Below are positions 37,301 to 51,218 of a stretch of DNA of 64,000 nt, piece by piece. Location: the NCBI GenBank assembly GCA_002104945.1, contig MCFH01000026.1:434001-498000 (forward strand), given 5' to 3'. Each line of letters opens with the position of its first letter. Position 1 is the first letter of the stretch. A model generated the notes under the pieces. That model made no database searches. It was not told the origin of the DNA and saw only the letters and a list, made by a program, of their open reading frames with translations. Both the position numbers and the translations under genes were made by a program. This stretch comes from Piromyces finnis finn (taxonomy: Eukaryota > Fungi > Neocallimastigomycota).

Positions 37301-39896
37301 TAAAAAGACATTGTTATTTTACTTTTTTTAAATATAAACAATTTTTAAAAAAAAACAAATCTTCATACAAATATTTTAGTTTTTTTAAATTTCCAATTTC
37401 AGGAGGAATGGCGTTGCTTAATTGGTTTCCAGCTAAATATCTGTTCATAAAGAATAATAATATTAATATATATATATTAATATATATATATATATATTTA
37501 AAAAAAATAAAAACTTACATTATTTTTAAATTTACTAAATTTCCAATTTCAGAAGGAATTGCACCACTTAAATCATTATTGGCTAAATATCTGTAATAGC
37601 AATTATTGTAAAATTATATTTTTATATTTTATAAAGTGATATATATGTATATTACAACTATTATAGTAGATCTTACAAATATTGTAGTTTTGTTAATTTT
37701 CCAATTTCAGAGGGAATAGTTCCAGAACATAGATCATTATCTAGATTTCTATATTTTATCAATAGTATATGTTTTTAATTTTAAAAAAATATTAATAATA
37801 AAATTTATATATTTTATATTTGTATTTCTCTTAGAGAATACTCGGTTAATTTATATATATAAATATAATTTTTACAAATATTTCAGATTCCTTAAGTTTC
37901 CAATATCTTTAGGGATTGAATCACCAATTTAACTACCTTTTATTTCTCTATATATATATAAAAGTATTTTTTTAAAATAAAATTGATGATTATAAATATA
38001 TCATTTTTTAATTAAAAATGTTTTTATGATATTATAAATTATTTAGTATTACAATTCTTCCAAATATGGCATGGATCCAAAAGATTCTGGTATATGACTT
38101 ATAACATCACCCCTTTTTTAATAATAAAACCAATAAAGTATAATAAAATAGTAATTAATTAGTAATGTTTTGTTTTTTTTATCTTCTTTTTTCTTTGATT
38201 AAATATTAATATAGTTGTATATTAAACATTATATTGAGTAGATAGAGTATAGAAAAATTAAAGTTTCATACTTTAATTTTATAGAAATAATATGGCCATT
38301 ATTATTACAAGTAATTTCGTCATATAAACAACAATTGGTAGTTTCGTATTTCTCAAGTAAACTATTGACATATTTACATTCATTTATTTGTCTATTGTAA
38401 TATTTATAATAATTAAGAGTTATGGTGTTTTCTTTTAGTACAGAAATAGTATCTAAACTAATTGAATCCGGCCATGAGATAACTGGATTAGTTGGATTAA
38501 CTTTTTCAGGATTACTCCAATCTTCATGCGTTTCAAGAGCAAGACGGCATTCTGGACCTTCTTCTGATAATTTTTTATTTGTATATTTTGAGATATCTTC
38601 TGGATAGGTGTGATGAAGTACAAAATCGTAAAAATATAAAGTTTCTTCATAAGCATCTGCTGCTTCTTGACCTTGACTTTTTTTGATATCTTCAATAGGA
38701 GAACTACTCATAAAATGGAAACTGGTAATATCATTTGTTAAAATAGATTTCGAATTCGAATAAACTAAAGAGCGGATATCAATTAGAAATTCTATTTCTT
38801 CTCCAATTGGGATATCACAATTACGATGAATTAAATAATCAGGAATTAAATTAAATTCCTTTTTATCACCAATAGCTAATATAAATTTATTTGTTTTCAT
38901 AGAACGAATCTTAATTGATATTCCTTCTGGTGGTGCAACTGATATATTATTTTTCAATATAGCGTAGTAGCCATAATCCTTATCAGTTTTAGAAACAAAT
39001 TTTACACTATTTTTTTTTTCAGGATCTTCTGGGCATACCTGATCACCAAAATAAGTATCACCAGTAATTGTATCCTTTTTCCAGCTACAATTTGAAAAAT
39101 CGTTTTGAATGATACCATTTTTTACCATAATTGTTGGTTCCTTCTGTAAGAAAATACTATTACCAATAAAAACATATACAGGCATAGTCCCATAATTTCT
39201 AAAAGTAAAGTGGAAATAATTATAATCATCATAGTATAAATTTTTTATCTTATCTTTGTCAATTTCACCAATAACCTCTGACCAGTCTGCTGTTGGAGAA
39301 GAAAGATTTTCAATTTGATAGGAAAAATATTTAGTTTCACTTTCACCTTCATTATAAGAATCATCTGATCGTTCAAATTCTAAATAGAATCTTAGGTCTA
39401 CCTTCGATAACCATTCTTGAATATTTTTTTCAAAATTATAATTATTTAAATTGGTACAGGAAAGTCCAATAGTTTGACAAGTATATCCTTTCTTGATTAA
39501 ATCAGCAACTTTTGGAACCACTAATTTCATTTCGGATTTCAACTTATGTAATGATGTAAGCTTTATGGGAAAGTCTGATAAATCAATAGAAAAATCAAGA
39601 AATGAAAATGATTTATCTTCTTTTCCTGGCAAATATAAAACTAATGGATAATTACTAACATTATCTATTAACTCAGCATTATCATTTTCATTATTATTCA
39701 AACTAAAATCAATATCAGAGGATGGGAAATATATATCAGCGTCATTGGAACCTTTTACATTTTTGTTCCAATATTTAGGTAGATTTCTTTGACCTCTACC
39801 ATAAAATACAAAGTTACTAGTAATTTTATTGGAAAAAATACATTTTAATTTACAAAAAACTAATGGTATTAATAATAATTTATTTTTAAATTTCAT
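31363..39896 (-). CDS. Secreted multidomain protein, ~1968 aa, ~20 exons: signal peptide - NTD1 - LRR array - 3x CBM29-like - NTD2 - LRR array - EGF-like; one in-frame TAA in LRR exon 37876-37947
   Basis: Exons: 39896-38272; eight LRR mini-exons 38112-36821; 36726-36243; 36099-35803; 35290-34658; 34477-32922; six LRR mini-exons 32834-31862; 31681-31363. All junctions are GT-AG and phase-consistent (5907 nt). LRRs read YLxNNxLxGxIPSEIGNLxNL. The 3' end could have extra exons. Confidence 0.72.
35343..35685. repeat. Compound (TCA)n/(TACTATTAT)n microsatellite inside intron 35291-35802
   Basis: Directly visible; it generates the poly-Y/poly-L/ITI ORFs. Confidence 0.95.
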
Positions 39897-40364
39897 GATT
39901 TTATCTTAATAAAAATATATTTTTTTTAAATTAATATTTGATTTTATTATATTTAATAAATAAAGAAAGAAAGAAAAAAAATTATTGAATTTATTTTTTC
40001 ATTAAAAATTTATAAATTTAATATAAATATTAAAGTTTATTATGGAATTACTTTTTCTCTATTTTTTTTTTTCAAGCCTATTTTAATTAAAAAAAAAAAT
40101 CAAAAATAAAAATTTCATTTCTGCTAAAAAAAAATTTTTTTTTGAACTTTTATTTTTTTCTTTCTATAAAAGTTATATAGATAAGTACAATATTTTATAG
40201 TGATCAAAACAATATTTTTTATTTACGTTGTTGTAGTAATTCTTCTTTGCATTTTATTAAAGAATTATTAATGAATTTATTTTTATTATATAAAAAAAAA
40301 AAAGATGTTAAATAAAAAGATACAAAAGTAAATATAAAATATATACATATTAAATTAATAATTA

Positions 40365-43300
40365 ATGAATTCTTACTGAAAAATATTAATATATATAATT
40401 TATTTAGCTTGTTTATTCTATTATTTGTTTTTAATACTGTGTCAATTTCAGGTAGATATCACTTAAGATATAAAGAACTATAAATTCAAAAATAAAAATT
40501 ATATGTTTTGTTAAAAAAATTTTTCTAATTAATTATATTTAAAAAAAATAAAATAAAATTATATATATATTTCAGTGAAAGGAAGAGAAAATGGATACTA
40601 TGTAGATGATGAGGAATACTTAATTCACTGTACTGATCAAAATGAATGTACCAGAATACTAGATGTTAGTACCACTGGATACTATTTTGATCAATCCAGT
40701 CAAATTGATGAAACAACCTATTCAAAATTGATTTTTTGTAAAGATGCTACACATTGTAAATCTCAAACAATGAATAAAGGTTATTACATTGATGCCCATT
40801 CACCCCAAAATATTATTCATTGTGTTAATAGTATTCCGTATATTGCTTGTTCTTCTTCACCTCACAATGATCATTTAAACTATCCCATCTATTATTTTGA
40901 TCCTAACAAAAATAGAGTCATTACATGTACAGCTGAAAGTTGTGACTTAGTCGATAGTTATATTAAGGGTTACTTTTTAAATTCAGGTGATGATTCTGAT
41001 AATTATAAATCTATTCAATGTTCGGGTGAATCAACAAAATGTTCTAAAGTTAAAACTGTAGAAAAGTGTTATAAGGCTGGTTGTGTTTTTTATAATAAAA
41101 ATTATGGATACAGTGATGCAACAATTTTGTTATGCTTACGTGTGGGAGATGAAGGATGTACATATATGTATATTAATAATAATATGAATTATTTTTTATA
41201 TAATATAATTTCAAAAGCTGAAAATGATTTTCCAGGAGCTAAAGCTAATGAAAAGGTAACGGTTTTAATGTATAAGGATGGAACTGCTTTAATGTATATT
41301 GATGGTAATGATTTTTTTTTTCTCTTCGAATATTAAATATAATTTTATATATTATATATATGTATACATTATTAAAAAAAATGAATTTATACTATTTATA
41401 AAAAAATATTTTTTAATATAAAACAAATTTTAGATATACCTACTTGTGCTAATGCAGAAGGTAAAGAAACACCAGAATCAACTACTTCTATTTGTAAAAA
41501 TAGTGGAATTGGTCTGATTGAAGAAGGAAATTATTGTAAAATGGGGTCAAATATTTATAAATCAGGTAATAATTCTTGTGAATTACAAGTATTGGAAGAA
41601 GATACCCTTTATTTCTTCTTTTGTACTCATTATAATAGTTGTATCAGACTTAAAGAAAGTGAAATTACAACATCTCATAAAAAAAGAAATGTTGTTATTT
41701 ATAAATTAATATCAGATGAAAAGAAAAAACTTGTAAAACTAGACCATAATAATGTGTGTTTCATTATTAACAAAAGTGTTGTATGTGGGTTAGATGCGGA
41801 TGGAGGTTTACTTACCATTCCTACATTTAAGAGTGATCACATGATTGACGGTTCCAGTGTGATAGATTCTTCAAAAAATGAGTATAGCAGGATGATTATT
41901 TGTACTAGTTCTTCTTCATGTATATCTAAACCGGCTGTTGCTGGTTACTATATAGATGCATTATCTAAAAAAACAAACATCATTAAATGTGAAGGAGAAC
42001 CAGTGACTTGTACCATTTTTTGGAGTAGCCGATATGGAGATACTTATTTTAATGGTGGGATTCCAGACATAAATTCCTTGAAAGAAATGTTTATTCAATA
42101 TAATAAAAATGGATATATTCTCGTTGATGGGGAAGATAATGGCTATTATCTAGTTGAAAATGATCTTATTCATTGTACACTTCAATATGGTTGTATTAAA
42201 GTTTTGGATCCCAATACTGATACATTTTATCTTGATCAAGCCAGTCGAATTGGAGAAACGAACATTTATAAAAATATAATCTATTGTGAATCTGCTTCAA
42301 ACTGTTATCATTATATGATATATGAAAACAGATTATGTTATCAAATTGATGTTCGTAATCCGGAAAATATTTTTCGTATTGATGAAGCATCAGAAAATTA
42401 TAGTTATTCTTCTGTACCTCATGGTGGTACATTTGATATTCCAACACATTATCTTGGATGTGATAATTTTCGAATCATTACTTGTAATGATGCTGGTTGT
42501 TATTCAGTTGAATATAATCAAATAGGTTATTTTATCAATTCCGGTTCAATTATTTCCTCTGACAATTACAAAGTAATTAAATGTAATGATGGTGATAATG
42601 AGCCATGCGACATGGAAGAAAATAAATATATATATAATGAATGTTCAGGTACCGGAATGATATGTATAGATGATATAATAAATCCAAAAACAGTAATCTT
42701 GTGTTTAACAGATGAATGTGAAAAGGATTCAGAAAAGGTAGAAATTAAAACTGACCCTAATGCAGTAGCTATCACTGTATCATTTCCTCCAAATTCATAT
42801 TTATTTGGAGTTAAAGGAAATCAAAATGTAGATGTTAAACTAAATAATGATGGTACTGCCATGATTGTTAAAGGTAAATATAAAAAAAATATTAAAAATC
42901 AATGTTTTATAAATATTATATGATTATATGTAATAAAAAAACGTTTAGAAATGAATTATGGTTAAATTTTATTTTATTATTTTATTTTTAAAAAAAAAAT
43001 AAGTTTTTTAATAATCTCTATTATAATAAATTTAATTTTTATTAAAATTTAATTATCTTTATAGATATGTGTGTTTTTAATGAATCGAAAGATGGAAGAT
43101 GTATACCAAGTGGTGATTGTAAGTATATCTTTTAAAGGAATAAAATTAAAGTATATATTTTTATTTATTTTTATATTTTTTGTTTTTTTTTTATTATGTA
43201 AAAAGTGTCAAAAAATTATTTATTAATTTTTAGAAATATTTTTTATAAAATAAAGGTCATAAATGTTCAAAAGGATATATTCCAATGGTTCCAAGTGAAG

Positions 43301-46300
43301 CAAAAGCTGGAGATAAAGTAAAGATAGTTAATTTCAAATATGATGAAAGTCCATCTTGTGAATTTGTAGATGTCACTGGTTATTTTGTTGGACCAACTGG
43401 ATTTTATGTTCAATGTATAAAATCTAAAGGTTGTAAATTAATGGCTAATCCTGATGGATCTGAATCTCTTCCTTCCAAATATACTTTCGGTAATATGGAT
43501 TATTTTGATGATTCTCTATATCTTAATATGGGTCATTATCAAGAAGAAGAAGAAGGTAAAATGATCAATTATTTTTTTAAGTTTCCAATGAGCTATAAAC
43601 CAGAAAAGAAATATTTAATTTCTCATAATCCATATTATTATGAATCTGGCAAGAAAGTTGGTATTTTTAATTGGCATGATGAAGCTGATTATTACGTAGT
43701 TAATTATGGTAGAAATTATGTACTTTTTGATTCAACGTTTAATAGTAAGTTTTCAAAAAAAAAAAAAAAATACAATTTTTAAATTGTATTTAATATGAAT
43801 CACAGAAAAAAAAAATAACTATAACATTAAAAGAAAAAAAAATTAATATATTATATCTTTTTATTTAAATAATTAAAAAAAAAAAGAACATGAATACTGC
43901 TCTATAAATAATAATAAATTATTAATCAATAATAAAGATTTTTGCTCCGCTGAATCTTTTGGAAAATACTATGATTGTATTGATGGTATTTGTAAATCTA
44001 AGGATAAGACAAAAAATACTAGATCTGATGGTAATTAATAAATAGAAAAGACAAAATTTATTATATATATTTATATTTATTTTTTTATCATTAAATACAT
44101 TAAGAAATCATTCATAAAAAATAATATTATTTTTTTTATTTTTTTTAATTATTATTATGATACTACCAAATAGAAATAGAAAAAAATTATGAAATCGTCA
44201 GTGGTAATAAATCCTTGGATGAATACAAAGGTAGTTTTTTTTTTTCAAAAATATTTATTATTTTAACAATATTACATAAATTAAATTATGTATTTATATT
44301 ATTTATTTAAAACCCTATCATAAACAAAAAAATATTTCTTTCAACAGAGGAAGATCCTATTGTTGGTATGTAAAAAAAAAAAAAAAAAAGAAATATTAAA
44401 AATTAAAAATTTAAATCTTTATTTAAATATAAAAATCATATATGATAATAATAATAACTATAATAATTATATGTTTAGGCTTAACACTATGTACAAGTAC
44501 TGAATTTAATGAACTTTGTAATTCTGGGGAAATTACAAAGGACCATTTTTGTATTACAAAAGATGGTGAATTATATAAATCCATTACAGATCATTGTCAA
44601 TTACAATATAAAGGCATTTACATTTTTGAATTTGACGAAAACAGCTACAAGTCCATTTATACTACAACAAATGGCATATTAATTTATTCTTGTGATAATT
44701 ATAAAACTTGTTCTCAATTTATTAATTCGGCTTATTATGATGTCACCAAAAAAATGTTCTATAAATGTTCCCTCGGTCAATGCCAAAAGTATAAAGGTAT
44801 CGATGAAATTAACTCGGGTTATTATGTCAGTGGTGCTACAGATAATAATAAAAAATATAGTGAACTTATTCAATGTACTGGTTCTACTGTTAATACCTGT
44901 AGTAAAGTAACTACTATTAATAATGGCTATTATTTAAATGGAAAAGCCATCAATTTAACTTACGCGTTAATTAAATGTGAAGAAGGAAAATGTATAGAAA
45001 TTAAATCTGTCTCTAAAGGTTATTATCACAGTGCTGAGAGTACCAAACCATTAATTTATTGTGATAGAGTTTGTGAATTGACGGAAGGCATTTCCAACTC
45101 CAATTATATTATTGATCAAGACAGTTCTGTAAATGAAAGTACCAAATTTATTACATGTGTAGATACTACTCATTGTAGTTCCGACATTGTTTCATCATCT
45201 GGATTTTTCATTGATGGTTCCAGTTCCAGTGATATTATATTATGTTCTGTATATCAAAGTCCAACTCTAGAAAAGTCAATACGTTACTATTATGATGGTA
45301 ATGATATAAAAACTGTAGAAGAAAATAATAGTGAAAATAAATATATTAAATGTGAAAATATTCCACACAAAGGTACAGACAAAGCACCAATGAATTTCCT
45401 TACTGATACTGGTATCATTCATTGTATTAGTTCAGGTTGTAGTTTTATTCAAGCTCCTGAAACGGCTGAAGCCAATTTCCATGTTAGTAATAATCAAGAT
45501 TTATTAATGTGTAACAATTCTAAATGTTATAAAGTGGTTGATGTTAAAAGCAAACCCTATGCTTATATTTCTGCCAGTGATTCTGATTACAAAACACTTA
45601 TTTTTTGTGAACCAGGAGAGGAAAAGAATATTTGTATTGAAAATGATATTTCCAATAAAATAAATACTAAAGGATCTCTTTTCTTTATTGATGGCACTTA
45701 TCCTTCAAAAATTATTAGTTGTACTTCTTCTGAGGGATGTAAATCCATTAGTCTTTCCTTCAATTTAATTAATGAAACACTTTACTTTATTGATGGTACG
45801 GATGTTAAAAATATCATTACCTGTAGTAAAGATGGTTGTAATAGAGGTAATAAAATAACTGGAACACTATCCTTTACCGATGGTTTTGACTCTTCCAAGA
45901 CAATTTTTTGTGTTGAAGGAAAAGAATGTATCTCTTCAAAAAGTAAATATCTTTAATTTTTATTTTTAAAAAAAAAAAAATTCTTATGAATAATATTTAC
46001 AATTTATTGAATTTTTATATTTAACTTTTTTTTATTTTTGTTAATTAACATTTGTGTAACACATTTTAATTCCCTTTTTTTTTTTTACCTATATTTCAAA
46101 ATAAAAAAAAAAAACTAGGTATTGATTACTGTTCAAAGATAAATGAAAATGAAGCATGTGAAATTAATTCAATTAAAATTAATAATGGAATGCATTGTAT
46201 AAAGGATGGTCATATATATCAATCTATTAATGATAAAGATAATTCATATTGTGTTAAGATATCAAATGGTGAAATCATGCTAAAGAAAGGTATGAATGGT

Positions 46301-47703
46301 TATGAAAAAGGTATATTTGGTGTAGATTCTGGTTTAATTTATTCTTGTACCACTTCTGATGGATGTATTCAACTTCTTTCCACTTATTATTTAAGAATTG
46401 AGATAGATGATGTGAAAAATAATGTTAATCGTTTCCTTTACACCTGTAATATTGATGGAGATTGTTATTCTGAAAATAAAATAGCCAAAGGGTACTATTT
46501 AAGTAAAATTAAAGAAAATGGAATGAATACATTGATTTATTGTTCTAGTAGTGAAGTTTCCAATTGTCAACATAGTTCTGAAATAGATAAAAATGGAAAT
46601 ATGCTATTCGAAATTCCAAATGGACAATTCCTTGATCAAGGAAATACTAAAAATATTATTAAATGTCCCTCGGGTAAAAACTGTGAATCCGAAATGGGTA
46701 TAACCGATTTTGGGTATGCTTATATTGATAATGAAAATTTTAAAATTGTGGATAATCCTGTTTCACCAAAACAAAAAATAAAAATTTATCCATCGGTTAT
46801 CCTATGTACAAAAGAATTTGGTTGTAAATCATATCTAGGTGAAACGACTAAAGATTATGGTTATATTAATAGTAATAATAAAGAAGTCATTGTTTGTACC
46901 GCAAATTACGGTTGTGAAATTCCAATTGAACATACTTCTACCACTTATTATAATTATGCCATGGATCCAATATATATTATTACTTGGCCCTACCCCAATG
47001 ATAATTGTATTATAAATAAAGGTAAGGATATTTAACTATTGAAAAAAAAAAACTATAATTAAAGATTTATTATTTAATGTTATTTCTATATTTTAACTAT
47101 ATTTTAGATTGCAATGTAAAAACCGGTATTAATTGTGTTGACAAGACCTACTATTTAGTGAATGATATAAAAGATTATATGGTTCAAACAAATAAAGACA
47201 CGCCAAGTCCACTCTTTTATTGCAAAGCTACAAATAATAAGACTATAAAATGTAACGAAGTTAATGGTATTGGTTATTATATCAATAATGAGAAAGAAAT
47301 TTATACTTGTACCAAGGATGGTTGTACCGGTTCAGAATTTGATAAAAATACAACAGGAAAAATCGTTGCTACTGATTATTATCAATTTAAAATTTATTTA
47401 ACAATGAATATTACTACAAAGCTTAAATCACCAGCTAAGAATTATATGGTAGCACATGAAGGTGCTGGTAATATTTTTGGTACAAAACAAAATGGAGAAT
47501 ATGCAATTATTACAGTAGATGAAAATTCCGCTACCTTAAATACGACCATTGAATCTAATCATGGTTCATTTTTCTACACTAACTCTGATACGAATGAAAT
47601 TTTAAAGGGAGGAGAATGTCCAATTAGTAGCATTATTGAATTGGCTATTTCTGAATATATATGTACAAAAGAAAGTAATATTTGTACTGAAATAATTTAC
47701 TAG
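40365..47703 (+). CDS. Scaffoldin-like Cys-rich repeat protein (~1976 aa, 11 exons), with an apparent 1-bp deletion at codon 3
   Basis: Exons 40365-40451, 40576-41304, 41434-42873, 43065-43118, 43256-43744, 43938-44030, 44174-44230, 44348-44365, 44479-45942, 46119-47021, 47108-47703; all phase-1 junctions. Many G-Y-Y/F...I-x-C...C repeats, the motif described for anaerobic-fungal scaffoldins. Adding one base at ~40370 gives signal peptide MNFLLKNINIYNLFSLFILLFVFNTVSIS. Confidence 0.75.
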
Positions 47704-47961
47704 TTGGTTTTATTAGTACAACCTTTTTATCTACATAAAAAGATAAATATAATATAATATATAATCAATAAGCTGACTTATCTATTAACTTTTTTCCTTT
47801 TTTTTAAAAAAAAATATATATATATTAATAATGAAATGTAATTTAAATGAGTTATCCTTACATTGAATACATAAATATATTTTGGTCTATATAATGAATT
47901 ATTAAATTTATATTTCGTTATATATCTAATTATTATAATATTTAAAAATAATAAATATTTG

Positions 47962-48070
47962 AAAGTAAAGATAAAATTATAAAAGGTACATTTATATCTA
48001 TAATATAAAAGTAAAGATAAAATTATAAAAGATACATTTATATCTATAATATAAAAGTAAAGATAAAATT
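47962..48070. repeat. 46-bp tandem repeat, ~2.4 copies
   Basis: aaagtaaagataaaattataaaag(g/a)tacatttatatctataatata at 47962, 48008 and partial at 48054. Confidence 0.9.
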
Positions 48071-48406
48071 TATAGAGAATAATCTTTAATGTGTTTACAA
48101 TAATAATGATGATGATTAATTATATAATGATGAACTTTTTTTTTTAGCATTATTGAAGTGGAATACAAAGGAATTAAATTTAATACATATTTATGAACAA
48201 ATATTTTTAAATACTTTTTTTTTGAAAATGATGAAAAACTTTGGTGATAATTTTTTTAATTAACCAAAAATTTTAAAAAAATGGAGACTATTTTAAATAA
48301 TAATTGGAGACGTAACTTTTAATGGAAAGTTTGAAGTTTATAATAAAAGGTTGTAATAAAGGGTTATTATGTTTGTAATAAAATGCTATTATTAGTGTTA
48401 TCATGA

Positions 48407-48484
48407 TTATTATATTTATATTGTCATATAAAAAATGCTATAACATTATTATATTCATATTGTCATATAAAAAACGCTATAACG
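48407..48484. repeat. 39-bp tandem duplication
   Basis: attattatatt(t/c)atattgtcatataaaaaa(t/c)gctataac occurs twice. Confidence 0.85.
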
Positions 48485-51218
48485 TTATTATGTTTATTGC
48501 TATTATTATTTTTATTAATACTTATAATTATTATGTTTGTAATAAAATACTATTATTATGTTTATTATTATGGTTATATTGTTATATTTATTGTTTATTA
48601 CTTTTTCTCTTTTTTTTTTTTTTCTTTTTATTATTATTTTCAATGATTGTAACAACCCTTTTTATCAAGAGGAGAATTATACTAATGTACATTGAAGATT
48701 GTAATAGGTAGAAAATATTGATGAATAGATACAGAAAACATTTGATATTATAATAATAATATCAAATGTATAAAGTATTATTAATACGTTATAATAATAC
48801 TTTTACTATTAATTAATACTATTATTATAATTAGATTAGTAATACGAGTAATACGAGTAATATTAGTAGTAATAATAATCATAATAAATATATTTTCGTC
48901 CGAAAAAGACTTTTCATAACAAATACAATTATTGCGTTTCTAAAACATTTACATTTACATTTTTAACTAAAATGTACAATAAACTTTGGTTTTATTTGTA
49001 AATAAAAGAAAGAGTTTTTTAGTTAGGAAAGCCGCTAATTAAAGTAAACAACAATAGTAAGAAAAAAAAAAAAGTTTAACGCGGATGATGAAAGTACAAT
49101 TAAAAAATAAAAATATTTAAAAAATTTTTTTACTACCGCTAATGCAGGAAACTATTTTTAAGGAATGCTTTAATTAATCTGGGTGGTTTTTTTTATTAAA
49201 GAACCAACTTAATATACAAAAAAAAAAAAGTTAATAACATTTTTTTTTTATTTTCATAGTAAAATCATTTAAACTATATAAAAATTAAACTAAAAAAGAA
49301 TAAAAGAATTAATAATAATAATAATAATAATAATAAAAAGGCTCAAAAATGCTTTTTTTCTTTCTTCTTTTTCAACTTTATAACGCTTTTCCTCTCTCTA
49401 AAAAAAGTTACAGATTAAAAAAAAAAAAAAGTTTAATTAATAATATTCTATTAGTTGTGGCGTAGTATATAATAAATAGAATATTAATAATAAATAAAAT
49501 AAATTCATTCATATATTATCATTCACTATTGATGGTTAAGTAATTAATAATGTTTATAATATTTAATAATTAGCAAAGGCTTAACTAATTGCATCAACTC
49601 ATGAAGATGATAATAAAATAAATACAAAACGAGTAATATTATAATCATTATAAATATAAAGAGTAATAATTACCATTAAATATAATAGTAAGAGTCAGTA
49701 TTCATTACTAATTTACTATTCCAAAATTACTATTATATATATATTCTTATTCTAATCCACATTTTCTATTTTATATTTTTAATAATGAAATTTTACCACA
49801 AACTCAAAACGAATATTAAATGTATTATTCAATATATTATAATTTATTGTAATATGTGTAAACACTATTAATTAAATTATAAAATATTGTTTTGTAATAA
49901 ACTTTATTTAATATTATTTTTTTATTAAACATTGCTATTTATATTCTATTGCTATATATTCCATTATATTATTATTAAATAGAATATTATTTATCCAATA
50001 TTTTAATATATTTTTTAATTAGTTTATATTAAAAAATTAAAAGTTTATTTTTAATATAAAAAGTTTAAAACTATAATTTTTAATAATTTAATAAATTAAT
50101 TAATTTATATTAAAATAATAATAAATAAATTAAAGTTTATATTTATTAAACTTTTTTAAGAAAGTATGACAAAAAAGTTAAAATTAATGATTTGCCAAAA
50201 ATTTCATTTTCTTAGACTTTTTAAAAAGAAAGTTTACACTCCTTTAATATTATTTCTTTTTCTAATAGAATGTCAAAATTTATATTTTAAAAAAAAAAAA
50301 AGATCTAAACTCTAAAACTTGAAAAAAATTAAACAAGCAAACAAGCAAAAAAAAAAAAAAAAAAACATGAATACAAAACAATATAATAATGTTTAAATAA
50401 TTCTTTTTATATTTCAATTTTTTATTATAGAAATTTATATATAAAAAGAATTTAAAAAAAAAAGCATTTTTTACTTAGATCTCCATTGGATATATCTTTA
50501 AAATACCCAACACTCTATATTCTTTTTCAAAAATTAAGGAATAGATGAACCATAACTATAATAATAATAATAATAACAATTATTGTTGTTTACATTAATT
50601 TAATAATTTACAATTTTCAAGTTTATAACTACTTAATAAAGTGGGAAAATTTCTAATATTATAATAATAATAAAAGCAAATTCTTTTGCATTATTAAATT
50701 TAAAATTGTATAAACTTGAAATTAAAAAAAAAAACTATCCAATGTTTTTTCAATAAACATAAAAAATAAGTATATACAGTATTCAATTTTTCTCTTTTTT
50801 AATGTAAATAAAGATACTCTTTATAAATTAACATTTTAAAAAATTATATTTATACAAAACTCTTAACAAAAGCAATAAATTTCAAAATAACAATAATACT
50901 ACTAATAATAATAATCAATATTTATAAATAACAACTGAAATATTCTTTATTTATTATATAAAGAATATTCTTCTATAATCATATTATAGAATTATATATA
51001 TAAATCCTATCATTATTATAATTAATAAAAATAAAAAAAAAAATTCATTCTATTATAAAGTTATTAAATGAGAAAATAAATATTTTTAAAATTATATATA
51101 TTAATTATCAAAGTATACAACACATTATTTTTTATATCGAATATTTTAGAAGAAATTATTCAACAGTAAAAAAAAAACACTTTATTATCAACTACATTTT
51201 ATTAATTTAAGAATAAAA

